DNA of 49,742 bases from Acidimicrobiia bacterium. GTDB taxonomy: Bacteria; Actinomycetota; Acidimicrobiia; Spongiisociales; ZC4RG35. Positions 16,481 to 25,168 of this stretch are shown one piece after another. A program made the translations under genes and the position numbers. Under the pieces are notes generated by a model that worked only from the letters and a program-made list of their open reading frames with translations, searched no databases and had not been told where the DNA came from. Every line of letters begins with the position of its first letter. Position 1 is the first letter of the stretch. The stretch is taken from the NCBI GenBank assembly GCA_040878225.1, contig JBBDMR010000157.1, forward strand, positions 1 through 49,742, written 5' to 3'.

Positions 16481-16941
16481 TGGGTAAGCGATTTCAAGCG
16501 ACCCGGGACGGGCGGATCTCCTTGCATCTCGACCCGGCCGAATCCGCCTTTCTCTCCGACATGGTGAGAATGCTGGAGAGCGTGGGACAGGTGGAGGGTG
16601 ACCCGGGCGAGAAGCGACTCAACGTCCCTGCCTACCTGGGGGATGCCGAAGCTGCGGAGGAATGGCGCCGGCTGATGGGGGATCGAATCGAGGACGGCAG
16701 GGCCGAGGACAGGAGAGCCCTGCGCAATGCGGTTGATAGCCAGGGCACTGCTGCGATCGACCCGGCGCGGGCGGAGGCCATACTTCGTGCGGTGAACGAG
16801 GCACGATTGGTGCTTGCGGCGCGGCTCGGGATCGAGGTCGAGTCTGACTACGCGCAGCTGGACGCTGGTGGGACCGTGGCGCTGCACTACCTCGGCCTGT
16901 TTATCGAGGATCTCACCGATGAGTTGTCGCAGATGCTCTGA
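16480..16941 (+). CDS. DUF2017 domain protein (conserved ClpS neighbour in actinobacteria)
   Basis: The ATG at 16480 overlaps the clpS stop by 1 nt (TGATG). The protein is acidic and helical, and sits in the position usually held by DUF2017. Confidence 0.7.
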   Translation: MGKRFQATRDGRISLHLDPAESAFLSDMVRMLESVGQVEGDPGEKRLNVPAYLGDAEAAEEWRRLMGDRIEDGRAEDRRALRNAVDSQGTAAIDPARAEAILRAVNEARLVLAARLGIEVESDYAQLDAGGTVALHYLGLFIEDLTDELSQML

Positions 16942-17017
16942 TCGCCTGCAGGCTGCGCCGGAAATGAGTAGCTTCGAAGTAGTGGTCTGCTGTGTCGTTT
17001 GACAACGTGGAGGATTC

Positions 17018-18133
17018 TTGGTTGCCGATCCGATAGCAGAGCTCCGCAGCCCCGAGGGAGCCCTGATTTCGATGTACATGGAACGTCCCAGTCCGGGGGG
17101 TTTCAGCGCCCTTATCTCCGAGCTCGGGAGGGATGTCCGCGACGTCGCCCGGACCCGGGACAGGGTCGTCCAGAAGAGTGTTGAGGCGGACATCCACCGG
17201 ATCAGGGGAGAGGCCGAGCGGTTGGAAGTGGAAGCGGTTCCTGCGTATGCAGTCTTCGCATCTTCGGTGAATGCCATCTATCAGATCAAGCCGCTCGCTC
17301 ACCCGGTGCCATCCAAAAGCACCCTTGGCTCCAGGCCGTATCTCCGACCGCTCCGGGCCGAGCCCCGTCCGTCCCGGACCGCAATTCTCGTGGCCGACCG
17401 GGCCGAGGTACGGGTATTCGTGGGATATGACGGTGCGATCGCAGAAGTGGGGCGCCCCTTGACCGCCGACCCCGGGAAGTCGAACTTCGGAGGTTTCGCA
17501 GGTTATGAAGAGCACACGGTGCGGGGACGGGCCGACGAGGTTGCGGCGCGCCTGTGGCGGGAAGCCGGCCAGCGCCTGCTCGACACCCACCAGGATGCCC
17601 CTTTCGACTCGATCGTCATCGGTTGCCATGACGAAGCCGTTGATGACATCCGCAACCAGTTGCACCCATACCTCCGGAATCTCCCCCACGGCAATTTCCC
17701 GGTCAGCCCTTCCGAAGTCTCCATCACGCGACTCCGCCACGAGATCGATGAGCAGAACCGATCGATTCGCGAGGAACGCGAGATCGCCCTGGTGTCGACC
17801 CTGTTGGCCGCGGCGAGCCGCGGAACGGGGGCGGTGGTTGGCCTCGCCGACACACTGCGGGTGGCCAACGTCCAGGGAATTTCAGACCTTGTAGTGGCGG
17901 GCTCGTTCTCGCGGCCGGGCGTCATGTGCCCGGAATGCGGTTTCCTCGGACGGGACGGGAGCGTCTGCGAAGTTTGCGCGACTGGCCTCCACGAGGTCGC
18001 CGACGTCGTGGCTTCACTCATCGACGCCACCGTCGAGTCCGGGGGTCTGGTCCATCAGGTCGTCGTCGGTTCGGTACTCGACAGGGACGGTGTCGGTGCT
18101 CTGACCCGCTTTGATATCGGCGGTCTCGACTGA
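17018..18133 (+). CDS. Bacterial eRF1/Pelota-like (baeRF-type) protein with an embedded zinc ribbon
   Basis: 371 aa. TTG start behind GGAGGA. Motifs: SRPYLRPL, NFGGFAGYEEHTVRGRADE, a C-terminal GVGALTRF-type ending, and a CPEC...CEVC ribbon. The family call is from memory of baeRF/eRF1-like proteins. Confidence 0.65.
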   Translation: MVADPIAELRSPEGALISMYMERPSPGGFSALISELGRDVRDVARTRDRVVQKSVEADIHRIRGEAERLEVEAVPAYAVFASSVNAIYQIKPLAHPVPSKSTLGSRPYLRPLRAEPRPSRTAILVADRAEVRVFVGYDGAIAEVGRPLTADPGKSNFGGFAGYEEHTVRGRADEVAARLWREAGQRLLDTHQDAPFDSIVIGCHDEAVDDIRNQLHPYLRNLPHGNFPVSPSEVSITRLRHEIDEQNRSIREEREIALVSTLLAAASRGTGAVVGLADTLRVANVQGISDLVVAGSFSRPGVMCPECGFLGRDGSVCEVCATGLHEVADVVASLIDATVESGGLVHQVVVGSVLDRDGVGALTRFDIGGLD

Positions 18134-18161
18134 GCACGCGACGGCCACTACCTTCCCTCAG

Positions 18162-18761
18162 ATGTCAGTAGCAGCTCTCATCCTCGCCGCCGGTGGATCG
18201 GTGCGTCTCGGGCGACCCAAGCAGCTCGAGCCGTGGGGAGAGGACTCACTGCTCGAGCATGTGATCAAACGGACCAGAGACTTCCCGGTCGACGAGGTCT
18301 GGGTTGTGATCGGGGCCCGTTCCGAGGAGCTGCTGGAAAAAGTCGACTTCCTCGATGCCAGCGTGGTGGAAAACCCGGAATGGGAGGAAGGCATCGCATC
18401 ATCGATCCGGGCCGGCCTCGACGCCCTCACCCAGCTGTCACGGTGCGACTCCGCCCTTATCGTCCTGGGAGACCAGCCGGATGTGTCGGGCGAGATCGTC
18501 GAGGAGTTGTTGGTTTCGCATCGACGATCCGATAGCCGGGTCAGCGTTCCCAAGTACCGCTACAGCCGGGGCAATCCTGTCGTCGTCGACCGGTCTCTCT
18601 GGCCGCGGCTGATGTCGCTCGAGGGCGACGACGGAGCGGGGCGGTTATGGCAGGCCCATCCTGAGTGGGTGAACGAGGTCTGGTTCGCCGAAATGGGGCC
18701 GCGCGATGTCGACACTGACGTCGACGTCAGAGATATGAAACCGCGGGATGTGTCCCAATGA
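18162..18761 (+). CDS. MobA/MocA-like nucleotidyltransferase (molybdenum cofactor cytidylyl/guanylyltransferase family)
   Basis: ATG 18162. AALILAAGGSVRLGRPKQL...LVLGDQPDV are typical NTP_transf_3 motifs. Confidence 0.8.
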   Translation: MSVAALILAAGGSVRLGRPKQLEPWGEDSLLEHVIKRTRDFPVDEVWVVIGARSEELLEKVDFLDASVVENPEWEEGIASSIRAGLDALTQLSRCDSALIVLGDQPDVSGEIVEELLVSHRRSDSRVSVPKYRYSRGNPVVVDRSLWPRLMSLEGDDGAGRLWQAHPEWVNEVWFAEMGPRDVDTDVDVRDMKPRDVSQ

Positions 18762-18834
18762 AATTGTCCCAGTGAAAAGCGATCGCTTCGATGTCTAGTG
18801 TTACGCGCATGACGGTGTTTTGGAGTCTCGGTTA

Positions 18835-19239
18835 ATGGGGCGAATCGACGAAGTCGTCGGGTTGGGTGTCCGGCAAGCCACGCGATTGCGGAAGGCCGGG
18901 GTGAAGACCAGCAAGGGGCTGATCGAAGAGGCTTCGACACGAGCGGGCCGCAGTGCGTTGTCAAAGAAGACCGGGATTCCGCCCCGGGATCTCAAATCGT
19001 GGGTCCACCACGCCGATCTCCTTCGTGTCAATGGGGTCGGGGGCGAGTACGCCGAGTTGCTGGTTGCTGCGGGTGTCGAGACGATCCGGGATCTTCGCCG
19101 CCGTAATCCGACCGCATTGGTGGCCAAGATCATCTCGATGAACGGGTCGAAGAAGGTAGTGAGGCGACTCCCCACAGAGGCAATGGTGACAGGCTGGATC
19201 GAATCCGCCACGTTGGTCGAGCCTTCCATCGACAAGTAG
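18835..19239 (+). CDS. DUF4332 (helix-hairpin-helix) domain protein
   Basis: ATG 18835 lies behind GGAG. WVHHADLLRVNGVGGEYAELLVAAGVETIRDLRRRNP matches the DUF4332 pattern. Confidence 0.7.
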   Translation: MGRIDEVVGLGVRQATRLRKAGVKTSKGLIEEASTRAGRSALSKKTGIPPRDLKSWVHHADLLRVNGVGGEYAELLVAAGVETIRDLRRRNPTALVAKIISMNGSKKVVRRLPTEAMVTGWIESATLVEPSIDK

Positions 19240-19309
19240 CCGCCCTCCGCGCGGCACCGGTGATTCAAATCGGCTTTGGGTACCATCAGCTCCTGATGAC
19301 GGTACGCGT

Positions 19310-20041
19310 ATGACTACTGCACGAGATGCCAGCGAGTTGCAGCCTGGCTATACCCCTCACATCGGTGAGAGCCGCCAGTACTGGCGCGACATCATCCTCG
19401 GAGTGAACGATGGCCTGGTGTCGATGTTCCTCCTCGTGGCCGGGGTTGTGGGCGGGGGTCTCAACTCGAGCCAGATCCTGCTCACCGCGATAGCAGGCGC
19501 GGTGGCCGGCGCAATTTCGATGGCTGCCGGAGAGTACCTGGCGACGAAGTCCCAGGACGAGGTTCTCGAGGCCGAGCTCGTGCTGGAAAGGACCCACATC
19601 AGGGATTTCCGGGAATCGGAGCTCGAACAGCTTCGGGAGATGTTCACAGAGATGGGGTTGCGGGCAGACGACGTCGAGATGGTGGTGGGCGCCTTCGACC
19701 GGTCAGACGAAGCGATGCTGAACGCGATGAAGTCGCTCGAGTTCGGCGTGGTCGACTCGGAGCGACGGTCTCCTTATATGGCTATGGCAATCTCAGGATT
19801 GCTCTTCCTCGGCGGATCCCTCCCCTCCGTGCTCCCGTTTGCCTTCGGCCTCCGTCCGTCCGTCGGCCTCGCCATCGCGACGGGGTTGTCGCTTACCGGC
19901 CTGTTCCTGGTCGGGGTCATGAAGGCACGTGTGATCGGGTCCAGTCGCATCAAGGCAGGTTTTGAAAATCTGGTGATTGCCGGTGTCGGGGGTGTCCTCG
20001 CCTGGTTGATCGGCGACGCAATCGGAAGGGCCGTTTTTTAG
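19310..20041 (+). CDS. VIT1/CCC1-family Fe/Mn transporter
   Basis: 243 aa. ILGVNDGLVSMFLLVAGVVGG, a central helical cytoplasmic domain, and C-terminal TM helices. Confidence 0.85.
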   Translation: MTTARDASELQPGYTPHIGESRQYWRDIILGVNDGLVSMFLLVAGVVGGGLNSSQILLTAIAGAVAGAISMAAGEYLATKSQDEVLEAELVLERTHIRDFRESELEQLREMFTEMGLRADDVEMVVGAFDRSDEAMLNAMKSLEFGVVDSERRSPYMAMAISGLLFLGGSLPSVLPFAFGLRPSVGLAIATGLSLTGLFLVGVMKARVIGSSRIKAGFENLVIAGVGGVLAWLIGDAIGRAVF

Positions 20042-20043
20042 GG

Positions 20044-20080
20044 AGTTAGCATTTCGCTTGCTATAGTTAGCAGCTTGCGA
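20044..20080. promoter_or_regulatory. Repeated AGTTAGCA...GCTTGC motifs plus a TATACT box upstream of the XRE regulator (candidate autoregulatory operator and leaderless promoter)
   Basis: AGTTAGCA occurs at 20044-20051 and 20065-20072, 21 bp apart. Each copy is followed by GCTTGC. TTAGCA-N7-TGCTAT is a near inverted repeat. TATACT at 20081-20086 lies 8 nt before GTG 20095. Confidence 0.3.
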
Positions 20081-20094
20081 TATACTTACATACT

Positions 20095-20454
20095 GTGAGC
20101 GATAGCAAGCAGAGCGATCTCGGCGATTTCATCCGCCAGCAGCGGGAGAGGGCGAACTTGTCCCTGCGGCGTCTGGCCGATGTAGCCGGCATCTCGAATC
20201 CCTACCTCAGTCAGATCGAGCGTGGGATCCGAAAGCCTTCCGCAGAGATCCTCAAACGTCTATCACGAGCACTGGAGATTTCGGCCAACTCGATGTACAC
20301 AAAAGCCGGGTTGATCGACGAGGAGTTCGATTCGCCGTCAGTTCTCGATGCCATCGACGCTGATGCGAGTCTGACCCCTGACCAAAAGAAAGTGCTGCTC
20401 GACCTGTACCGGACAATGAGCCGGGCGAACGGTCTGGCAGCTGAAGAGCAATAG
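20095..20454 (+). CDS. XRE-family helix-turn-helix transcriptional regulator
   Basis: 119 aa. LSLRRLADVAGISNPYLSQIERGIRKPSAEIL is a canonical HTH_3 motif. Its position upstream of an HbhA-like gene mirrors the mycobacterial Rv0474-Rv0475 arrangement as I recall it. Confidence 0.85.
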   Translation: MSDSKQSDLGDFIRQQRERANLSLRRLADVAGISNPYLSQIERGIRKPSAEILKRLSRALEISANSMYTKAGLIDEEFDSPSVLDAIDADASLTPDQKKVLLDLYRTMSRANGLAAEEQ

Positions 20455-20463
20455 GAGAAGAAT

Positions 20464-21090
20464 ATGCAGGCTAAGAATGTCCTGTACGCGGCCGTCGGCG
20501 CCCCCGTCGTAGCCGCTCGCAAGGTCTCCGACTCCGTCGGAACCCTGCGAGTCAAGATAAATGAAGAAGCCGGCGACTACACCAAGTTCGCTACCAAGAC
20601 AGTCGAGGACTGGGCGAAAGAGGGCGAGAAGCTCGTCTCCCGCGTCGCCGACAACGAAAAGGTCGAGGAACTCGCTTCCCGCGTCGACCTCGACCAGGCC
20701 AAAGAGCAGGTCGGCAAGCTGCGCACGCAGCTCGAGGACATGCTCGACACATGGCGCTCGTCTTTCCGTCCGGAAAAGACCGTGACCAAGGTCGAAGTGA
20801 CCGAGATCACGAAGCCTGCTGCGAAGACAGCGGCTAAGAAGCCTGCTGCCAGGACCACCACGGCGAAGAAGACAGTGGCTAAGAAGCCTGCTGCCAAGAC
20901 CAGCACGGCGAGGAAGTCAGTGGCTAAGAAGCCTGCTGCGAAGACAGCGGCTAGCAAGCCTGCTGCCAAGACCAGCACGGCAAAGACGACAGTGGCTAAG
21001 AAGCCTGCTGCGAAGACAGCGGCTAGCAAGCCTGCTGCCAACACCACCATGGCAACGCCGAAGACGACAGAAGCTGCAAAAGCTTCCTGA
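20464..21090 (+). CDS. HbhA-like (heparin-binding hemagglutinin-type) protein with a Lys/Ala/Pro-rich C-terminal repeat domain
   Basis: 208 aa. The N-terminal coiled-coil part (VLYAAVGAPVVAARKV...) is followed by about 90 aa of KKPAAKT-type repeats. Confidence 0.7.
   Translation: MQAKNVLYAAVGAPVVAARKVSDSVGTLRVKINEEAGDYTKFATKTVEDWAKEGEKLVSRVADNEKVEELASRVDLDQAKEQVGKLRTQLEDMLDTWRSSFRPEKTVTKVEVTEITKPAAKTAAKKPAARTTTAKKTVAKKPAAKTSTARKSVAKKPAAKTAASKPAAKTSTAKTTVAKKPAAKTAASKPAANTTMATPKTTEAAKAS
20806..21045 (+). repeat. In-frame tandem repeat array encoding the KKPAAK repeats
   Basis: The string GTGGCTAAGAAGCCTGCTGCGAAGACAGCGGCTAGCAAGCCTGCTGCCA occurs identically starting at 20920 and at 20992 (72-bp period). 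More diverged copies lie upstream. Confidence 0.85.
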
Positions 21091-21112
21091 GGACGTCCTC
21101 CTCATGTTGTGA

Positions 21113-21140
21113 AACGGGTCCCCGGAATCGGGGGCCCGTT
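21113..21140. terminator. Bidirectional hairpin terminator between the HbhA-like gene and pntB
   Basis: A 12-bp stem AACGGGTCCCCG / CGGGGGCCCGTT (one G-U pair) with loop GAAT, in the 60-bp gap between convergent stops. Confidence 0.55.
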
Positions 21141-21150
21141 CTCGTTCCGG

Positions 21151-22518
21151 TTAGACGTCGCGCAAAGCGACCAGGGTCTGTTCCAGGGCGTCTTTGGCAT
21201 CGGCGAAGTACATGAGAGTGTTGTCGTTGTAGAAGAGGGGGTTGTCGATGCCGGCGAAACCGGGGGAGAGGCTCCGCTTGACGACGATCACAGTTCCGGC
21301 ACGGTCGACGTTGAATATCGGCATGCCGTAGATCGGTGACGAGGAGTCATCACGTGCCGAAGGGTTCACGACGTCGTTGGCTCCGAGGATGAGCACGACG
21401 TCGGTCTGGGGCAGTTGGGGATCGGCTTGCTCCAGGTCGAGCAACTGCTCGTAGGGAACGTCTGCCTCGGCGAGCAAGACGTTCATATGCCCGGGCATCC
21501 GGCCCGCCACCGGGTGGATTGCGTAATGGACGGTGATCCCCCGCTCCTCGAGGGCGGTGGCCAGCTTGCGGGTCGCATGCTGTGCCTGGGCAACGGCGAG
21601 TCCGTATCCGGGAACCACCATCACAGAGTCGGCGTATCCGAGGGCGATTGCTGCATCTTCGGCGGTCGCTCGCTTTACCGGCTTTGTGCTCATCTCACCT
21701 GATCCGGTGATTGCGTCCCCGCCGCCGAATCCGGAAAAGAGGACATTCGCCAACGAGCGGTTCATTGCCCTGGTCATCTGAATCGTGAGGATCAAACCGG
21801 CGGCACCGACCAGCGCACCGCCGATAATCAGAGCATTGTTCTCGAACACAAAACCTGCCGACGCCGCGGCCAGGCCGGAGAAGGAGTTGAGTAGAGAAAT
21901 GACGACCGGCATGTCCGCCCCGCCAATCGGGATGACCGTCATGACACCGATGATCAGGGCAACGGCACCGAGCACCCAATAGACGTCCGGATTGCCGTCG
22001 GCCATCACCAGCACGCCGGCTCCAATAGCCACAACCAGCAGAGAAGCATTTAGGACCTGCTGCCCCCTGAAGATGATCGGGTTGCCTCCGATCAGCCCTT
22101 GTAGCTTGGCGAATGCAACGAAACTGCCGGTAAAGGTCACCGCCCCGATCAGGGTCGAGAGGAGGATGGTCAACGTCGTCTGTGCCGGCAGGGCGGACAG
22201 GTCAGATTCCAGAACGGCGACGGCAGCGACGAGCGCTGAGGCGATACCGCCAAGGCCATTGAAGACGGCAACCATCTGCGGCATCGCGGTCATTTGCACC
22301 CGAAGGGCGCCCCAGACCCCGATGATCGTCCCCACGACGAGGCCTGCTACGACGGTCGTCCAGTTGAAGATGTCGGCGTCGACCAGTGCAACAACCAGTG
22401 CCACGGCCATCCCCACTGCGGCTATACGATTTCCCGAACGCGCCGTCTTCGGGCTTCCGAGCCGTTTGAGGCCCACGATGAAGGCGACCGCAGATGCCAG
22501 GTAGAGCAGTTCGATCAT
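21151..22518 (-). CDS. pntB: NAD(P) transhydrogenase subunit beta
   Basis: 455 aa. A multi-TM N-terminal half is followed by a C-terminal NADP(H)-binding domain (VPGYGLAVAQAQH...HPVAGRMPGHMNVLLAEA). Confidence 0.93.
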   Translation of the reverse strand: MIELLYLASAVAFIVGLKRLGSPKTARSGNRIAAVGMAVALVVALVDADIFNWTTVVAGLVVGTIIGVWGALRVQMTAMPQMVAVFNGLGGIASALVAAVAVLESDLSALPAQTTLTILLSTLIGAVTFTGSFVAFAKLQGLIGGNPIIFRGQQVLNASLLVVAIGAGVLVMADGNPDVYWVLGAVALIIGVMTVIPIGGADMPVVISLLNSFSGLAAASAGFVFENNALIIGGALVGAAGLILTIQMTRAMNRSLANVLFSGFGGGDAITGSGEMSTKPVKRATAEDAAIALGYADSVMVVPGYGLAVAQAQHATRKLATALEERGITVHYAIHPVAGRMPGHMNVLLAEADVPYEQLLDLEQADPQLPQTDVVLILGANDVVNPSARDDSSSPIYGMPIFNVDRAGTVIVVKRSLSPGFAGIDNPLFYNDNTLMYFADAKDALEQTLVALRDV

Positions 22519-22829
22519 CTGGCGCCCGGGTCCTTGCTCGCGTCTTTGGCTCCGGGCCTGCGGAACATCTGGAGCATCCGGTCGGTGACGAGGAAGCCGC
22601 CGACCACGTTGACGGTGGCAGTGACGACGGCGAGGAAGCCGAGGACTTCGGCGACAGCCGTTGATCCCAGGCCGGCGGCAGTCACCGCTGCGATCACCGT
22701 TATGCCGGATATCGCGTTTGCACCGGACATGAGGGGCGTGTGCAGAGTTGGGGGAACCTTGCTGATCACCTCGAACCCGACAAATGCTGCGAGCACAAAA
22801 ACGGTGATCCCGACGATCAGAACACTCAT
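22515..22829 (-). CDS. pntA: NAD(P) transhydrogenase subunit alpha part 2 (membrane)
   Basis: 104 aa with three TM helices. PLMSGANAISGI motif. 4-bp overlaps on both sides. Confidence 0.9.
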   Translation of the reverse strand: MSVLIVGITVFVLAAFVGFEVISKVPPTLHTPLMSGANAISGITVIAAVTAAGLGSTAVAEVLGFLAVVTATVNVVGGFLVTDRMLQMFRRPGAKDASKDPGAR

Positions 22830-23959
22830 GCAGGACCTCCGGAGCTGATGCGACGACGTACGACCGGGTGGTTCACTTTGCCCTCGTGGGTGATACAGGC
22901 CTCGGAGATGATCTGGTCGTCGAAGTCCAAGGACAGCTCTGCGTCCTCGCCTGTCATCCGATCGAGCAGTGCTGCCACGTTGCGGGCATACATCTGGCTG
23001 GCGTCGTAGGCGACCTGTCCGGCAAGGTCGACGGCACCGACGATCGTGACCCCGTTGAGCACAATGGTCTCGCCGGGAACCGTCGGCTCACAGTTGCCAC
23101 CAGTTGGCGCCGCGACATCGACGATCACCGATCCGGGCCGCATCCGCTCCACCATCTCTGTCGAAACCAGGAGCGGGGCAGGAGAGCCCGGAATCTGGGC
23201 GGTCGTGATCAGGACGTCGGACTCGGCCACATGAGGGCTCAGGGCGTCCTGTTGGCGTCTCTGTGTCTCGTCTGCAACCTGCTTGGCGTACCCGGATGCC
23301 GCTGCTGCGGATTCATCGACCGGAGCCGATACGAATTTTGCACCTAAGCTTTCGATCTGTTGGCTGACCTCGGGCCGAATGTCGTATGCAGAGACGACAG
23401 CGCCCAGTCGCTTCGCCGTTGCAATCGCCTGCAACCCGGCAACCCCGGCGCCGAGGACCAGAAGCTTCACCGGTGGAATGGTGCCTGCCGCGGTCACAAG
23501 CATCGGGAACAGGCGCGGGCTGGTGACTGCGGCGGTGAGGACAGCCTGGTAGCCGGCCGCCGTAGCTTGCGAAGAAAGTGCGTCCATGCTCTGGGCGAGT
23601 GTGGTCCGAGGGATTGCCTCCATGGCAAAGGAGGTGACTCTGCGGTCGATCAGGGCCTGTACATGCGGCCCCGCAGCGAAGGGGTCGAGGAACCCGATGA
23701 GGACTGCGCCGGAGGGGATTCTCTCGATGAGCTCTACGGACGGCGGGCCCACGATGATGATCACCTCGGCTCCGGTCAGCGGGTCGGTGCTCACGTCGGC
23801 TCCCGCCGATCTGTACTCCTCGTCGTCGAAACCTGCTGCCGCTCCAGCTCCCGATTCGATCGAGACCTGATGGCGGTTCTCGACGATCCGGACTACCACC
23901 TGCGGAGTGAGGGCCACCCGCCTTTCACCGGTCGACTCCCTGGGGACTGCAACTCGCAT
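22826..23959 (-). CDS. pntA: NAD(P) transhydrogenase subunit alpha part 1
   Basis: 377 aa. MRVAVPRESTGERRVALTP and the LVLGAGVAGLQAI Rossmann motif show an alanine dehydrogenase/PNT fold. Confidence 0.92.
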   Translation of the reverse strand: MRVAVPRESTGERRVALTPQVVVRIVENRHQVSIESGAGAAAGFDDEEYRSAGADVSTDPLTGAEVIIIVGPPSVELIERIPSGAVLIGFLDPFAAGPHVQALIDRRVTSFAMEAIPRTTLAQSMDALSSQATAAGYQAVLTAAVTSPRLFPMLVTAAGTIPPVKLLVLGAGVAGLQAIATAKRLGAVVSAYDIRPEVSQQIESLGAKFVSAPVDESAAAASGYAKQVADETQRRQQDALSPHVAESDVLITTAQIPGSPAPLLVSTEMVERMRPGSVIVDVAAPTGGNCEPTVPGETIVLNGVTIVGAVDLAGQVAYDASQMYARNVAALLDRMTGEDAELSLDFDDQIISEACITHEGKVNHPVVRRRISSGGPA

Positions 23960-23970
23960 CAGCTAAGCAC

Positions 23971-25125
23971 CTACGCCGTCCCGAGATTCAAGAGCGCCGC
24001 CACCCCGCCGCGGATCCCGTGGGCAACGGCCGCCTCGTCCAGTTGGAACGATGAGGAGTGGAGGTCGCCGTGGCCCTTGGCCGCACCAAGCCGGACCAGG
24101 GCACCGGGGACAACGTCGAGATAGTTGGCGAAGTCCTCGCCTCCCATGCTGGTGGGGGTGTGGACGATGGCGTCGTCGCCGTAGATCGAACCGATTGCAT
24201 CGACCACTCTTACCACCACCCGCGCGTCGTTGACCACCGGGGGTATCGCCCGCTGATAGGTGAGTTCGTACCCGGCCTCGCTGACCCCGACCAGGTTGGA
24301 GAGGATCTTCTCCATGAGCGCCGGCATCTGGTCCCACACTTCCCGGTCGAGTGTGCGTACCGTGCCTTTCAGCTCCATGCGGGTCGGAATGACATTTTCC
24401 GTCGTCCCGCCGTGTATCGAACCAAAGACGACTGTGAGGGCTCGCCTGGCGTCGATGCTCGACCTGATGGCAGCGGGGAGATCGACCACGATTCGCGCCG
24501 CGGCGTCGACGAGATTGACAGTCTGATGCGGCCTCGCCGTGTGCCCGCCAGGGCCGGTCAAAGCAATCGTGAATTTGTCGGCGCTGGCCGTGATCGCTCC
24601 GGTCCGGATGCCAAATTTGCCAGCCTCGACCGAAGGGTCGATGTGGAAGGCAAGAATCGAAGACATCCCATCGATCAAGCCGTCGCCGACCATCTCGACA
24701 GCGCCGCCCGGAAAGCCCTCTTCGGCCGGCTGGAACAGAAAACGCACTCCGGGACTGGTTTCGATCCGGCTGAGGACAACAGCGATCCCGAAGGCGATGG
24801 CCGAATGGGCGTCGTGACCGCAAGCATGCATCCATCCCGGATTCTGCGACTCGGGTATGTTCCCCGCGGGCTCATCTATCGGAAGGGCGTCGATGTCGGC
24901 CCGGAAGGCACAGACCGGGTCGGGCTTGCTGTCGACCCATAGCCCGGTGCGCGGAGTCCGGTCGCCGGGTTCCAGCCCGGAAGCCAGCAGCGCTTCTTTG
25001 ATGAAGCGGGTCGTCTCGTATTCGTGATACGAAGGCTCCGGGTGCTGATGTAGTTTCCGTCGGAGTTCGAGGGCGCGGGGCAGGACGCGCTCGATCAGTT
25101 CTCCGACTTCAGAGGGTGGTTGCAT
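23971..25125 (-). CDS. M20-family amidohydrolase (N-acyl-amino acid amidohydrolase / hippurate hydrolase-like)
   Basis: 384 aa. LHQHPEPSYHEYETT, MHACGHDAH and FQPAEEG motifs. Confidence 0.88.
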   Translation of the reverse strand: MQPPSEVGELIERVLPRALELRRKLHQHPEPSYHEYETTRFIKEALLASGLEPGDRTPRTGLWVDSKPDPVCAFRADIDALPIDEPAGNIPESQNPGWMHACGHDAHSAIAFGIAVVLSRIETSPGVRFLFQPAEEGFPGGAVEMVGDGLIDGMSSILAFHIDPSVEAGKFGIRTGAITASADKFTIALTGPGGHTARPHQTVNLVDAAARIVVDLPAAIRSSIDARRALTVVFGSIHGGTTENVIPTRMELKGTVRTLDREVWDQMPALMEKILSNLVGVSEAGYELTYQRAIPPVVNDARVVVRVVDAIGSIYGDDAIVHTPTSMGGEDFANYLDVVPGALVRLGAAKGHGDLHSSSFQLDEAAVAHGIRGGVAALLNLGTA

Positions 25126-25168
25126 TCACATGAAGCCTAATCGCAACAAGGAACGACCTTGATACCAG

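Noticed and set aside
18777-18788. A perfect 12-bp palindrome, AAGCGATCGCTT, with a GCGATCGC core (HIP1-like), after the MocA-like gene.
   Set aside because: It occurs once and is too short to be a stable terminator. There is no evidence of genome-wide repetition within this window.
20806-21045. A regular short-period repeat array that could be mistaken for a CRISPR or minisatellite locus.
   Set aside because: The repeats are in frame inside the HbhA-like ORF and encode KKPAAK-type peptide repeats. There are no unique spacers and no cas genes.
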